The translations under genes were made by a program, and so were the position numbers. Of a stretch of DNA of 64,000 nt, positions 42,099 to 53,000 are shown piece after piece. The number at the start of each line of letters is the position of its first letter. Within the stretch, counting starts at the first letter, position 1. Under the pieces are notes generated by a model. That model saw only the letters and a list, made by a program, of their open reading frames with translations. It was not told the origin of the DNA and did no database searches. The stretch comes from an uncultured Clostridia bacterium (GTDB lineage: Bacteria > Bacillota > Clostridia > TANB77 > CAG-508), in the NCBI GenBank assembly GCA_944386685.1, contig CALXCA010000008.1, positions 198 through 64,197 on the forward strand, in the 5' to 3' direction.

Positions 42099-44546
42099 AT
42101 GCTAGAACTTCTTTCTCCTGTTGGAGATTTTGATTGTTTAAAATCTGCTGTACAAAATGGTGCTGATGCAGTTTACTTTGGTGCAAATAGTTTTAGTGCC
42201 AGAGCTTTTGCTTCTAATTTTGACGATAATACTTTAGAACAAGCTATAAATTATGCAAAAATACGTGGAGTTAAAACAAATTTAACTTTAAATACTCTTA
42301 TAAAAAATAATGAATTAGAAAATGCTATATCTGTTGCCAAAAGAGCTTATGAATATGGAATTGATGCAATTATTGTACAAGATTTAGGTTTGGCAAAATA
42401 TTTAATAAAAAATTTTCCAGGTCTTGCAGTTCATGCAAGTACACAAATGTCTATACATAATTTAGATGGTGTTCTTGAATTACAAAAAATGGGATTTTCC
42501 AGAGTTGTTCTTTCTAGAGAACTTTCTTTAGAAGAAATTGAATACATTTGTAAAAATTCTAATATTGAAATTGAAGTTTTTGTTCATGGTGCATTATGTA
42601 TTTCCTATTCTGGTCAATGTTTATTTTCTAGTATGGTTGGTGGACGATCTGGAAATCGTGGTAAATGTGCTCAGCCTTGTAGACTTCCTTATGAATTATT
42701 AGAAAATGAAAAAACTATTGATAAAGGTTATTTATTAAGTCCAAAAGATTTGTGTGGTTTAGAATTTTTACCTCAACTTGTAGAGGCTGGTGTTTCTAGT
42801 TTAAAGATTGAAGGTAGAATGAAAACTCCTGAATATGTTGCAACTGTTACTAGAATTTATAGAAAATATTTAGACTTGGTGGAGAAAAATCTTCAGTTTA
42901 AAATAGATGAAAAAGATAAACAAGATTTATTACAAGTTTTTAATAGAGGTGGCTTTTCTAATGGGCATTTAGATTCATTTGCAAATAAAGGACTTATATA
43001 TCCACAAAAATCTAACAATATGGGTATATTTTTAGGCACTGTTTCTAATTTTAATAGTAATAATGGTCATATTTCTTTTACAACAAATTCTACTCTGCAT
43101 ATTGGAGATAAAATTTGCATTGAAAATAAAAAACATGAAAATAATTTATATACAATTTCTGAATTAATGTTACAAAATAAAAATATTAAAGAAGCTCATT
43201 CTGGTGATTATATAAAAATTGGTAGAATGAAAGGAAATATTTTTGTAGGGAATAAAATTTATAAAATGTCAGATAATTTTTTAACAAATTCTGCATTAGA
43301 TACGATTAATCAAGAACTAAGAAAAATAGATTTATCTTGTGAACTAAATGTAAATTTAAACTTCCCTATTTCATTAAAAATTTATAATAATAATATTTGT
43401 GTGGAGGTTGTTTCTAATATTTTCCCTGAAATTGCAATAAAGTCGCCAATTACAGAAGATAGGTTAATTTTTCAATTATGTAAAACAAACAATACTCCTT
43501 ATAATTTTAAAAATATTAAAATTAATTTAGGTAAAAATTTATATGTTCCAAGTATTAGTGGAATTAATGAACTTAGAAGACAAGGATTAAAAAAATTTGA
43601 GGAAAAATTTATATTGAACTTTAAAAGAACATTGAATATTAAATTGCCTGAAATTTCTAACAAATGTTTAAATAATTTTGCCAATCCTGATTCTGTTGAA
43701 TGTATAAATAAAAAAATTAGTTTGCTGTTAAATATTATTCATGAACATTATGATTATTCTTTGATAAATGGTGTTGATAGAATTTATATTCCATTTAAAT
43801 TTTTTACAATGAATAATTTTTCAAGTGTTATTAATAGTATTTGTAATAACTTTGATGTTTATATTTATTTGCCAACTATAATTAGAAATTCTTATCATAA
43901 TTTAATTGTAAAAAATTTGGATAAAATATTAAGTTCATTTAAAATTTCTGGTTTTGTTTTATCTAATATTGGAAATTTGGAATTATTAAAAAATTATATG
44001 GATTTTGAAAGTTATAATAATAACTATAGAAATTATGATTTTATTGCAAATTATACCTTTAATGTTTTTAATAATTTAACTTTTAATGAACTACCTTTAA
44101 ATACTATTACATTATCTCCAGAGTTAAATAAAAATGATATTAGTAATTTTAGAACTAATGATGCTTGTATTAATTCTAATAAAAATATAGAAATGATAGT
44201 TTATGGAAACACTCCTCTAATGACTACTAATTATTGTTTGCTTGGAAAAACTAATAAATGTTATTCTTCTTGTGAACACAAATGTAATAATTCAAATAAA
44301 TATTTCTTAAAAGATAGACTTGGATTTTTATTTAGAATTATTCCAGATAATATTCAAACTATTACTACAATTTATAATAGTAAAGTTACATCTATTGAAT
44401 ATTCTGGTTTACCTGTAGATTCTGTTAGAATTGATATTTTGGATGAAAGTATTGCTGAAATTAATACTATTATAAATACTGTTTCTGAAGGAAAAAAACT
44501 CGAAGGCAATATCTATACAAATGGTAATTTTAATAAAGAAATTTAA
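42099..44546 (+). CDS. U32-family peptidase-like protein (long form)
   Basis: 815 aa. U32 signature EVFVHGALCISYSGQCLFS. Confidence 0.85.
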   Translation: MLELLSPVGDFDCLKSAVQNGADAVYFGANSFSARAFASNFDDNTLEQAINYAKIRGVKTNLTLNTLIKNNELENAISVAKRAYEYGIDAIIVQDLGLAKYLIKNFPGLAVHASTQMSIHNLDGVLELQKMGFSRVVLSRELSLEEIEYICKNSNIEIEVFVHGALCISYSGQCLFSSMVGGRSGNRGKCAQPCRLPYELLENEKTIDKGYLLSPKDLCGLEFLPQLVEAGVSSLKIEGRMKTPEYVATVTRIYRKYLDLVEKNLQFKIDEKDKQDLLQVFNRGGFSNGHLDSFANKGLIYPQKSNNMGIFLGTVSNFNSNNGHISFTTNSTLHIGDKICIENKKHENNLYTISELMLQNKNIKEAHSGDYIKIGRMKGNIFVGNKIYKMSDNFLTNSALDTINQELRKIDLSCELNVNLNFPISLKIYNNNICVEVVSNIFPEIAIKSPITEDRLIFQLCKTNNTPYNFKNIKINLGKNLYVPSISGINELRRQGLKKFEEKFILNFKRTLNIKLPEISNKCLNNFANPDSVECINKKISLLLNIIHEHYDYSLINGVDRIYIPFKFFTMNNFSSVINSICNNFDVYIYLPTIIRNSYHNLIVKNLDKILSSFKISGFVLSNIGNLELLKNYMDFESYNNNYRNYDFIANYTFNVFNNLTFNELPLNTITLSPELNKNDISNFRTNDACINSNKNIEMIVYGNTPLMTTNYCLLGKTNKCYSSCEHKCNNSNKYFLKDRLGFLFRIIPDNIQTITTIYNSKVTSIEYSGLPVDSVRIDILDESIAEINTIINTVSEGKKLEGNIYTNGNFNKEI

Positions 44547-44560
44547 ATATTAATAATGTT

Positions 44561-44625
44561 GTCAATGGGGACGTTGATTCTGACAATGGTTGTCAAAATC
44601 AACGTCCCCATTGACAACCATTGAC
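44561..44625. repeat. inverted pair of 26-nt GTCAA..TTGACAA elements plus an extra CCATTGAC half-site (long hairpin)
   Basis: GTCAATGGGGACGTTGATTCTGACAA (44561-44586), TGG, then TTGTCAAAATCAACGTCCCCATTGAC (44590-44615), then AACCATTGAC. It starts 15 nt after the U32 stop codon. Confidence 0.9.
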
Positions 44626-44762
44626 ACTATTAATATTATTTTTTTGTAACACTTTTTTTTATTCCCCATATTATATATTATCAAAAGAAAAATTTTAAAG
44701 AAATTACTTAACTTTCTTTAGAAAAATACTTAAGTTTTGATTTATAGAAAGGGGGGTTTTTT

Positions 44763-44885
44763 ATGCCAGAAAATAGAGGATGTGGATGTGGTTTTGGATT
44801 TGGTGATGATTGCTGCTGGATTATCATTCTTATACTTTTAATCTGCTGTTGTTGCGGTGGTGGTAACAGAGGAGGATGTTGCTAA
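44763..44885 (+). CDS. Cys/Gly-rich 40-aa membrane micropeptide (YjcZ-like)
   Basis: AAAGGGGGG RBS. MPENRGCGCGFGFGDDCCWIIILILLICCCCGGGNRGGCC. Followed by a terminator. It is below the ORF-track size cut-off. Confidence 0.5.
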   Translation: MPENRGCGCGFGFGDDCCWIIILILLICCCCGGGNRGGCC

Positions 44886-44900
44886 ACTTTTAGAAATATT

Positions 44901-44929
44901 GAAGGCCTTTAAAGGTCTTCTTTGTTTTT
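44901..44929 (+). terminator. rho-independent terminator
   Basis: GAAGGCCTTTAAAGGTCTTC followed by TTTGTTTTT. Confidence 0.75.
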
Positions 44930-45250
44930 ATATAATCGCTAGACATTTGAGATTTTCTCCTTGTAGTCAAAAACTTAAATCTGGCAAGAATAAATTACAA
45001 TCCAAAATTTTGTAATCAAAAGAATATTTTTCCTAAACTTTGAATTCTTACAGGCTATTGACTTCTAAGAAAATGCATCAAAATCTTTTCTTTTTTTTAC
45101 AAAATAGTATTGAATTTTTTATTTTAATATATTAAAATAATGTTAGTGTAAAAAATTATTTATTATTACAAAGGAAAAGTTTGAAAAATACTAGAGAATT
45201 TATCAATTCTTTTCCAACTTATTTACATTAAGAAAGGAAGGAAATTAATT

Positions 45251-46690
45251 ATGAAAAAGAGAATTACTTTAGTAATATTTTTACTAATAGTACTTATTTC
45301 AACAACATCTTTTGCAACAACATCTACAACAACAGGAGCAACATCAAGCACATCAGCAAAAGTAAGATTACAAATTGTTGAGGATAATGTTTGTACAATT
45401 CATATATCAGACAATTCTACTTTAGAAAAGAAAATAATTTCTGCTGATATAGATAAAAATCAAATTACAATGCAAATGGAAATTGCCAATAATGAAGAAG
45501 CAATAGCTCCTAATGGAGAATTAATGTTAGTAATTGATAGTTCATCAAGTATGAATGAAGAAGTATCAACTGGAGTTACAAGAAAAGATTTAGTTTTAGA
45601 ATCTGCTAATACTCTTGTAGAAAATTTATTAACTGCAAATCCAGATACTCTAAAAATTGGTGTAGTAACATTCTCATCTAGTACTGATAAGGAAGAAATG
45701 GCTACAGAAGCAGATGCACAATTAGTAAGTGATTTTTCTAATGATATAGCTGATTTAACATCAAAAATTTCTGCAATTGAAGGAGTAGGAAATTATACAG
45801 ATTTAGAAGCAGGATTAGACTTAGCTCATAAAACATTTACAGATGATGATTCAAATAAATTCTTAATTGTTTTAACAGATGGTCTTCCTAATATGGGACT
45901 TGGAATTAATGATCTTCTATCTGTAGAAAAACTAAGAAATATTATGGATCAAGCTAAACAACAATTTTTAGATATGGACGCTGAAAATATAAATATTATA
46001 TCTGTATTAACAGGTATTCCAGAAATTAGTTTGGATAAAACATTTAGAGAAGATTTTACTACTCATGAAGTAATAACATATAGAGAAGTAATTGAAGGCG
46101 TATTTGGAACTGAAGAAACTCCAACAGCAGGAAAATTCTATAATATTCAAGATACCGAAATTGAAGAAACAATTACAGAAAGTGTATATCAAGATTTAAT
46201 ACCTGTTCCAAAATCATTAACAAATATTACTGTTACAGACTATTTTCCACAATATATTGTAGATAATTTTGATTTTGCATATGTTGAAGGAACAGATTTA
46301 GATAATGTTTCTACTGAAATTGATAAAGATACAAATAGTATTACTTGGACTATTGCAGAACTTCCATCAGGAGAAAAAATGACTTTACAATATACATTAA
46401 CTTTAAAAGATACATTTGATGTTGATATTATTGATGATGTATTAGATACAAATGATAAAGTTGATGTTACATATACAGATCCAGAAATTCCAGATGAGCC
46501 ACAAACAGAAACAACTGAAGAAACACCAAAAATAAAAGTAGCAGAAATAGACCCTGGACCAACAACAGATACAACTACAGCTCCTGAACCATTCCCTGAA
46601 ACAGGTGCACCAATAATATTAGGAGTTATAACAATTATAGCATTTGCAGTAATATTCTTTGCAAAAAAATATCATTATTTAGATTTTTAA
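45251..46690 (+). CDS. cell-surface von Willebrand factor A domain protein with an FPETG sorting-like signal
   Basis: 479 aa with a signal peptide. MIDAS-type LMLVIDSSSSMNEE. The C-terminus is PFPETG, a hydrophobic helix, then KKYHYLDF. Confidence 0.8.
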   Translation: MKKRITLVIFLLIVLISTTSFATTSTTTGATSSTSAKVRLQIVEDNVCTIHISDNSTLEKKIISADIDKNQITMQMEIANNEEAIAPNGELMLVIDSSSSMNEEVSTGVTRKDLVLESANTLVENLLTANPDTLKIGVVTFSSSTDKEEMATEADAQLVSDFSNDIADLTSKISAIEGVGNYTDLEAGLDLAHKTFTDDDSNKFLIVLTDGLPNMGLGINDLLSVEKLRNIMDQAKQQFLDMDAENINIISVLTGIPEISLDKTFREDFTTHEVITYREVIEGVFGTEETPTAGKFYNIQDTEIEETITESVYQDLIPVPKSLTNITVTDYFPQYIVDNFDFAYVEGTDLDNVSTEIDKDTNSITWTIAELPSGEKMTLQYTLTLKDTFDVDIIDDVLDTNDKVDVTYTDPEIPDEPQTETTEETPKIKVAEIDPGPTTDTTTAPEPFPETGAPIILGVITIIAFAVIFFAKKYHYLDF

Positions 46691-46905
46691 TAATTATTTT
46701 AGGAATTGAATTTTTTATATATATTAAGCACATGTATTTTTAATATATGTGCTTTCTTTTTTAATTGTAATAACTCAGTAAAAAATTTTGATATATTAAT
46801 AATTTTATAAATTTTTTACTAAACTATAATTTTAAAATTTTATAAATTATAAAAAAAGTCTTGTTTTTTTTTATAATTTGTGTTAATATAATTAAGTAAT
46901 TATTT

Positions 46906-46980
46906 AGGGGCATAGTGTTAATGGTAGCACATCGGTCTCCAAAACCGCTTGTCTGGGTTCGAATCCTAGTACCCCTGCCA
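46906..46980 (+). tRNA. trnW: tRNA-Trp (anticodon CCA)
   Basis: AGGGGCATAGTGTTAATGGTAGCACATCGGTCTCCAAAACCG..GGTTCGAATCC..CCCCTGCCA. It folds as a cloverleaf with a CTCCAAA anticodon loop, a GTTCGAAT T-loop and an encoded CCA end. Confidence 0.9.
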
Positions 46981-46991
46981 TATTTTATTGA

Positions 46992-47021
46992 AGAGTATAG
47001 TTTTTGACTATACTCTTTTTT
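46992..47021 (+). terminator. rho-independent terminator after tRNA-Trp
   Basis: AGAGTATAG-TTTTTGA-CTATACTCT followed by TTTTT. Confidence 0.8.
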
Positions 47022-47133
47022 ATTGAATAGGAAACTCAATTTTTCTTTTTAAAGTAAAATTGTTATATTTTAAATTAAATATTATTAAAACTCTGTATTA
47101 AAATTATTCCAATTTAAAAGAAAGGATTGTTCA

Positions 47134-47727
47134 ATGAATAAATTTCTATATTTTATAATTTTTTTTACTATTATAATTTCAATATTTTTTATTCCAGTTG
47201 TGTCATCTACCAATTCCGAAATGCTAAAAAGTTTTAAAGATTTTGAAGAAAGTCAAATTATTTTTTTAGGAAATACAAATTATGCATGGCCTATTCCTGG
47301 CTATACTAGGCTCTCTTCCCCTTTTGGCAAAAGAAAAGCTCCAACAACTGGTGCTTCTACATTTCATAAAGGAATTGATATTCCAGCACCAGAAGGAACA
47401 AAATTAATCGCAACATGTGATGGGAATATTACTTTTACAGGATTTCTTGGCGGAGGTGGATATACAATTACTTTAACAAGTTTAGATGGAGTAAAAATTT
47501 CTTATTGCCATGTCTCCCCTAATTATATTGTAAATGTTGGAGATACTATAAATCAAGGACAAGTTATAGGTCATGTGGGTCCTAAATATGTTTATAATGT
47601 TTCTGGTAATATTTATTCTGATCCATCAAACGGAAAGCCAACAAATGGAGCAACAACAGGATGTCATTTACATTTAGGTTTTAGAATAAGCAATAATTAT
47701 GTTAATCCACTTGATTATTTACAATAA
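47134..47727 (+). CDS. M23 (LytM-type) metallopeptidase, secreted
   Basis: 197 aa. HKGIDIPAPEGT and GCHLHLGF zinc-ligand motifs, with an N-terminal signal/anchor. Confidence 0.85.
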   Translation: MNKFLYFIIFFTIIISIFFIPVVSSTNSEMLKSFKDFEESQIIFLGNTNYAWPIPGYTRLSSPFGKRKAPTTGASTFHKGIDIPAPEGTKLIATCDGNITFTGFLGGGGYTITLTSLDGVKISYCHVSPNYIVNVGDTINQGQVIGHVGPKYVYNVSGNIYSDPSNGKPTNGATTGCHLHLGFRISNNYVNPLDYLQ

Positions 47728-47943
47728 AACATTTTTATTAATTTCATAATTCTGAATTGAGAAATCCTCAGCATTTTAATTATTTACAACAAGCTATTTT
47801 TATGATATTATATTTAATATTATTTATATAAAATTTAATATATAGATATTTTAAAAAATTTGCAAAACATTCCCATCACATCCAATTTTTTATATCTATA
47901 TATTAAAATTATAGTAAAAGAATAAAAAAGGATTGATTAATTT

Positions 47944-49794
47944 ATGGCTTTTGATGGTATTGTTACAAAAAAAATTGTAAATGAATTTAAAAATGAATTA
48001 ATTGGTGGAAAAATAGATAAAATTTTTCAAAATGATAAAAATACTATACTTTTAAAAATATATTCTCATTCTACTCATTATTCATTAAATATATGTATAG
48101 ATGCTCATAACTGTAGAATACATTTAACAAATAACGCAAAACAAAATCCTCCAGTAGCTCCAAATTTTTGTATGCTACTTAGAAAACATTTAATAGGTGG
48201 ATTTATTACAAATATTGAGACATATGGTTTAGAAAGACTTGTAAAAATTGATATTAATACCATAAATGAATTTAATGAAGTAGAAAACAAAACTTTAATT
48301 ATAGAATTAATGGGAAAACATAGTAATGTAATATTATTAAATAACAAAAATATAATCATTGATGCTTTAAGGCATATAACAGCTTCAGATACTATTTATA
48401 GAGATATATTGCCTTCAAGACTATATAGATTCCCTATTTCTGATAAATTAGATTTTACAAAAATAAATAATTTTGATGTGTTTTATCAAAAAATCGAACC
48501 ATCTTTAGATAATGAAATTTATTTAGATAATAGTAATAATCATAAGGTATTAAATATAGAAAAACTTGCTTCTATAATTGCAAATTCTTTTACAGGTTTT
48601 AGTTTATCTTTTGTAAAAAGTGCTATTGAAAAATGCAATATACAAAATACAAATAAAGAAAATTTACAAAAACTATATAATTATTTTAATAATACATTAT
48701 CTTTAAATAATCTTACTTTTGAAAATTTGTATAAAAAAGATAAACTTTATGATTATGTATTAACATGTTCTGATAAAGTTACTTTAAATGAACAAAAATA
48801 TAAGTTAAATAATTTTATAGATGATTTTTACTTTAAAAGAGAAACTTCAGAAACATTTACAAATTATAGAAATAGTATTTTAAAAATGATTTTAGATTTA
48901 TTAAAAAAATATAATAGTCGTTTAATAAGTATTAATTCTAAATTAAAAGAATGTGATGAAATGGACAAATTTAAGCTTTATGGCGAACTTATAACTGCTA
49001 ATTTATATAAATTAACAAATACTCATACAGATTATATTGAATTAGAAAATTATTATGATAATAATAACTTAATAAAAATACCTTTAGATAAAAAATATTC
49101 ACCTAGTTTAAATGCAAAAAGATATTTTAAAAAATACTCAAAATTAAAAAACGCTCTAGAAATTGTATCTGCTCAGAAAAAAGAAACTGAAGAAGAATTA
49201 GATTATATTCAAAGTATTGTATATGAACTTGAATCTGCAACTACTTTAGAAGATATTCAAGATATTTTTGAAGAAATTTCTGAAAATGTTATTTTTAAAA
49301 ATGATTTAAAATTTACAGAAAAAAGCAATAATAAGAATACCAATAATCAAAATTCTTTAAAAAATTCCAAAGTATTTAAGTCATCTCATCAAAAATCTAT
49401 GGCAAATAAAAAATCAACAAAAAAGAATCAAAAAGAAAACTCATATTCTCCTTTACACTTTGAAGTTGATGGTTTTGATTTATATGTTGGTAGAAATAAT
49501 AAAGAAAATGATTGGCTAACATTTACTTTTGCAAATAAATCTGATATTTGGTTTCATACTAAAGATGTACATGGAAGTCATGTTATTTTAAAATGTGGAG
49601 ATGTAGAAGTTTCTGATGATACTCTTGTAAAATGTGCAAAAATTACTGCTGAACATAGTAAAGCGAAAAATTCTTCTAATGTTCCTGTAGATTATTGTAA
49701 AGTAAAATTTGTTAGAAAACCTAATGGAGCAAAACCTGGAATGGTTATTTTTACAAATAATAAGACAATATATGTAAATCCATCTTCAACTTAA
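47944..49794 (+). CDS. rqcH: ribosome quality-control factor RqcH (NFACT / FbpA family)
   Basis: 616 aa. NFACT-N start MAFDGIVTKKIVNEF, a coiled-coil middle, and a DUF814-like GRNNKENDWLTF..WFHTKDVHGSHVILK. Confidence 0.85.
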   Translation: MAFDGIVTKKIVNEFKNELIGGKIDKIFQNDKNTILLKIYSHSTHYSLNICIDAHNCRIHLTNNAKQNPPVAPNFCMLLRKHLIGGFITNIETYGLERLVKIDINTINEFNEVENKTLIIELMGKHSNVILLNNKNIIIDALRHITASDTIYRDILPSRLYRFPISDKLDFTKINNFDVFYQKIEPSLDNEIYLDNSNNHKVLNIEKLASIIANSFTGFSLSFVKSAIEKCNIQNTNKENLQKLYNYFNNTLSLNNLTFENLYKKDKLYDYVLTCSDKVTLNEQKYKLNNFIDDFYFKRETSETFTNYRNSILKMILDLLKKYNSRLISINSKLKECDEMDKFKLYGELITANLYKLTNTHTDYIELENYYDNNNLIKIPLDKKYSPSLNAKRYFKKYSKLKNALEIVSAQKKETEEELDYIQSIVYELESATTLEDIQDIFEEISENVIFKNDLKFTEKSNNKNTNNQNSLKNSKVFKSSHQKSMANKKSTKKNQKENSYSPLHFEVDGFDLYVGRNNKENDWLTFTFANKSDIWFHTKDVHGSHVILKCGDVEVSDDTLVKCAKITAEHSKAKNSSNVPVDYCKVKFVRKPNGAKPGMVIFTNNKTIYVNPSST

Positions 49795-49809
49795 CAAAAT
49801 ATTAAACAA

Positions 49810-50010
49810 GAAGAATAGCGGGCTTTTTTGACATTTTATATCCGTTTGAGCCAAGCTTTGTTCTTGAATAGGAAAAACTTGATTTTCCTATTCAAAAACA
49901 ATAGCGGACATTTTTTTAATATATAAAATATTTAAAAAAGTCCGCGTTATTGTTTATGTGGCAATTTTACAAAATAAACATAATTGCATCTGTTTTAGTA
50001 GAGTTCTTTT
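49810..50010. repeat. composite of dispersed intergenic repeats (family D/A), two nested copies
   Basis: AATAGCGGGCTTTTTTGACATTTTATATCCGTTTGAGCCAAGCT.. and AACAATAGCGGAC..GTCCGCGTTATTGTT..TTGCATCTGTTTTAGTAGAGTTC. These are homologous to 57693-57811 and 61698-61823. Confidence 0.8.
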
Positions 50011-53000
50011 ATTTAATTACTTCTACATCTAACATTAATTTTTCATCATTAATTGAAACTTCTGTATAGTCATCTCTTTTTGCATTATATTCAACTTTTT
50101 CTGCTAAAGTTTCTTTCATAATTTCTTTTTCGTATTTTTTAACAATTTTTTCTAGTTTTTCATTATCAGAAACATATAAAATAATTTTATCTAATACTTC
50201 AAAACCTTTTTCTTTTCTCATGTTTTGAACTTTTGATAGAATTTCTCTTACATATCCTTCTTCTTTAAGTTCTGGTGTAATTGTTGTTTCTAATACTACT
50301 CCTATCTCTCCTTCACCAGCAAATGCAAAACCATCTTTTCCTTGCATTGTTATTAATAAATTTTCTGATGTTAATGCTATTTGTGTATCATCAATTTCGA
50401 TATATTCTATTCCACCATTTTTTACTTTATTTGCTAAATCCATTTGATTCATTTTTGATATTGCTTCTCTTATTTTTGGAATTAATTTTCCATATTCTTT
50501 TCCTAATACTGGTAGATTTGGTTTAATCTCAAAATGTACATAGTCTGACATATTTGCACCTAATTCTACTTGTTTAACATTTAATTCATTTTTAACTATA
50601 TTTCCATAATATTCTGGCAATGTATCTACAGATATTAACATTTTAGAAAGTGGTTGTCTGTTTTTAATATTTGCAGAATTTCTTGCACTTCTACCTAATT
50701 TAACAATTGAATATGCTAAATCCATTTCATTTTCTAATTTTTTATCTATTGATTTTTCATCTACTTCTGGCCATAAACATAAATGTACACTTTCTGGTGC
50801 TTTTTTATCTAGTCCAACTACTAGATTTTGATAGATTTCATCTGTCATAAATGGTACAAATGGTGCTGATACTTTTATTAAATTTACTAACACTGTATAT
50901 AATGTAGTATATGCTCCTATTTTATCATCTGTTAATTCTTCTCCCCAGAATCTTTCTCTATTTGTACGTACATACCAATTAGATAAACTATCTGTGAAGT
51001 CTTCAATTTCTAGTGCCGCTCCTGTTATATTGTATTTTTCTAATTTTTCATCTACTTCTTTAATTAATGTGTTTAATTTTGATAATATCCATTTATCCAT
51101 TATGTTTTCTGATTTGAAATCTTTATGTTTTAATGGATTAAACTGGTCTATTTCTGCATATAAACAATAGAATGAATATACATTCCATAATGTTGCTAAA
51201 AATCCTCTTTGAGTTTCTTGTACATTTTTTATTCCTAATCTCTTTGGTAACCAAGGACTGCTACTTACATAAAAATGCCATCTAGTTGCATCTGCCCCAA
51301 CAGTATCTAATAATTCCATTGGATCTACTCCATTTTTCTTTGATTTTGACATTTTTTGTCCATGTTCATCTAAAACATGTCCTAATACTATACAATTTTC
51401 ATATGATGATTTATCAAATAAACATGTTGATATTGTAAGTAATGTATAGAACCATCCCCTAGTTTGGTCAATTGCTTCTGATATAAATTGTGCTGGGAAG
51501 TTTTTCTCAAATGCTTCTTTGTTTTCAAATGGATAATGTAATTGTGCAAAAGGCATTGAGCCTGAATCAAACCAACAGTCTATTACTTCTTTATATCTTG
51601 TCATTTCTTTTCCACATTCTGGGCATTTTAAATGTACTTTATCTATATATGGTTTGTGCAATTCTATGTCATCTGGGCAATCAACTGACTTTTCTTTTAA
51701 TTCTGCAATGCTTCCTATACATTCTTCATGTCCACATTCACATTTCCATATTGGTAATGGTGTTCCCCAATATCTATCTCTAGAAATTCCCCAGTCTATA
51801 ACATTTTCTAAGAATTTTCCAAATCTTCCTGTTCTTATTGTATCTGGATACCATTTTATTGTGTTGTTATTAGAAATTAAATTGTCTTTAACTTTTGTCG
51901 TTGCAACAAACCAACTTTCTTTTGGATAATATAGAAGTGGTGTATCACATCTCCAACAGTGTGGATATGAGTGTATATGTTTTTCTTTACTAAATAATTT
52001 ATTATGTTCAGCTAACCATTTGCATATATCTTCATTGCAGTCTCTTACAAATTTACCTGCCCAAGGTTCAACTTCTGGAACAAATTTTCCTGATTTATCA
52101 ACTAAATTTACAAATGCTATTCCATTTTGCTTAGAAACTAAACTATCATCTTCACCATATGCAGGTGCAATGTGTACTATTCCTGTACCATCTGTTAGTG
52201 TTACATAATCTCCATGAATTACAACAAATGCTTTTCCATCTACTTTTGCAAATGGCATTAATTGCTCATATTCCATTCCAAGCATATCTGAGCCTTTGAA
52301 TTCTTTTACAATTTCATATGGTGTTTCTTTTAGCACTTGTTCTATTAAATCTTTTGCTAAAATATAGTTTTCATATTGTGGTTCATCATCTGTTCCAATA
52401 TTTGCTTTAACTTCCACATATGTATATGATTTATTTACACATAATGCTAGGTTTGATGGTAATGTCCATGGTGTTGTTGTCCATGCTAATATATATGTGT
52501 TTTCTTTTCCTTTTACTTTAAATTTAGCTATACATGTTAAATCTTTAACATCTTTATATCCTTGTGCAACTTCATGTGATGATAATGCTGTACCACATCT
52601 TGGGCAATATGGCATTACTTTATGTCCTTCATATAGTAATCCTTTTTTCCATAATTCTTTTAATGCCCACCATACTGATTCTATATAATCATTATGATAT
52701 GTTACATATGGATGATCCATGTCTACCCAGAAACCTACTTTATTTGTCATTTCTTCCCACATATGAACATATGTAAATACACTTTCTTTACATTGCTTTA
52801 CAAATTTTTCTACACCATATTCTTCAATTTGCTCTTTACCTGAAATTCCAAGTTTTTTCTCTATTTCAAGTTCAACTGGTAAGCCATGTGTATCCCATCC
52901 AGCTTTTCTATCAACATGATATCCTTTCATAACTTTATATCTTGGGATAATATCTTTCATTACCCTTGTTTCAATATGTCCAACATGTGGCTTTCCATTT

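Noticed and set aside
46824-47039. 71-aa minus-strand ORF
   Set aside because: It overlaps the tRNA-Trp gene and its terminator on the opposite strand, so it is a by-product of the G+C-richer tRNA sequence.
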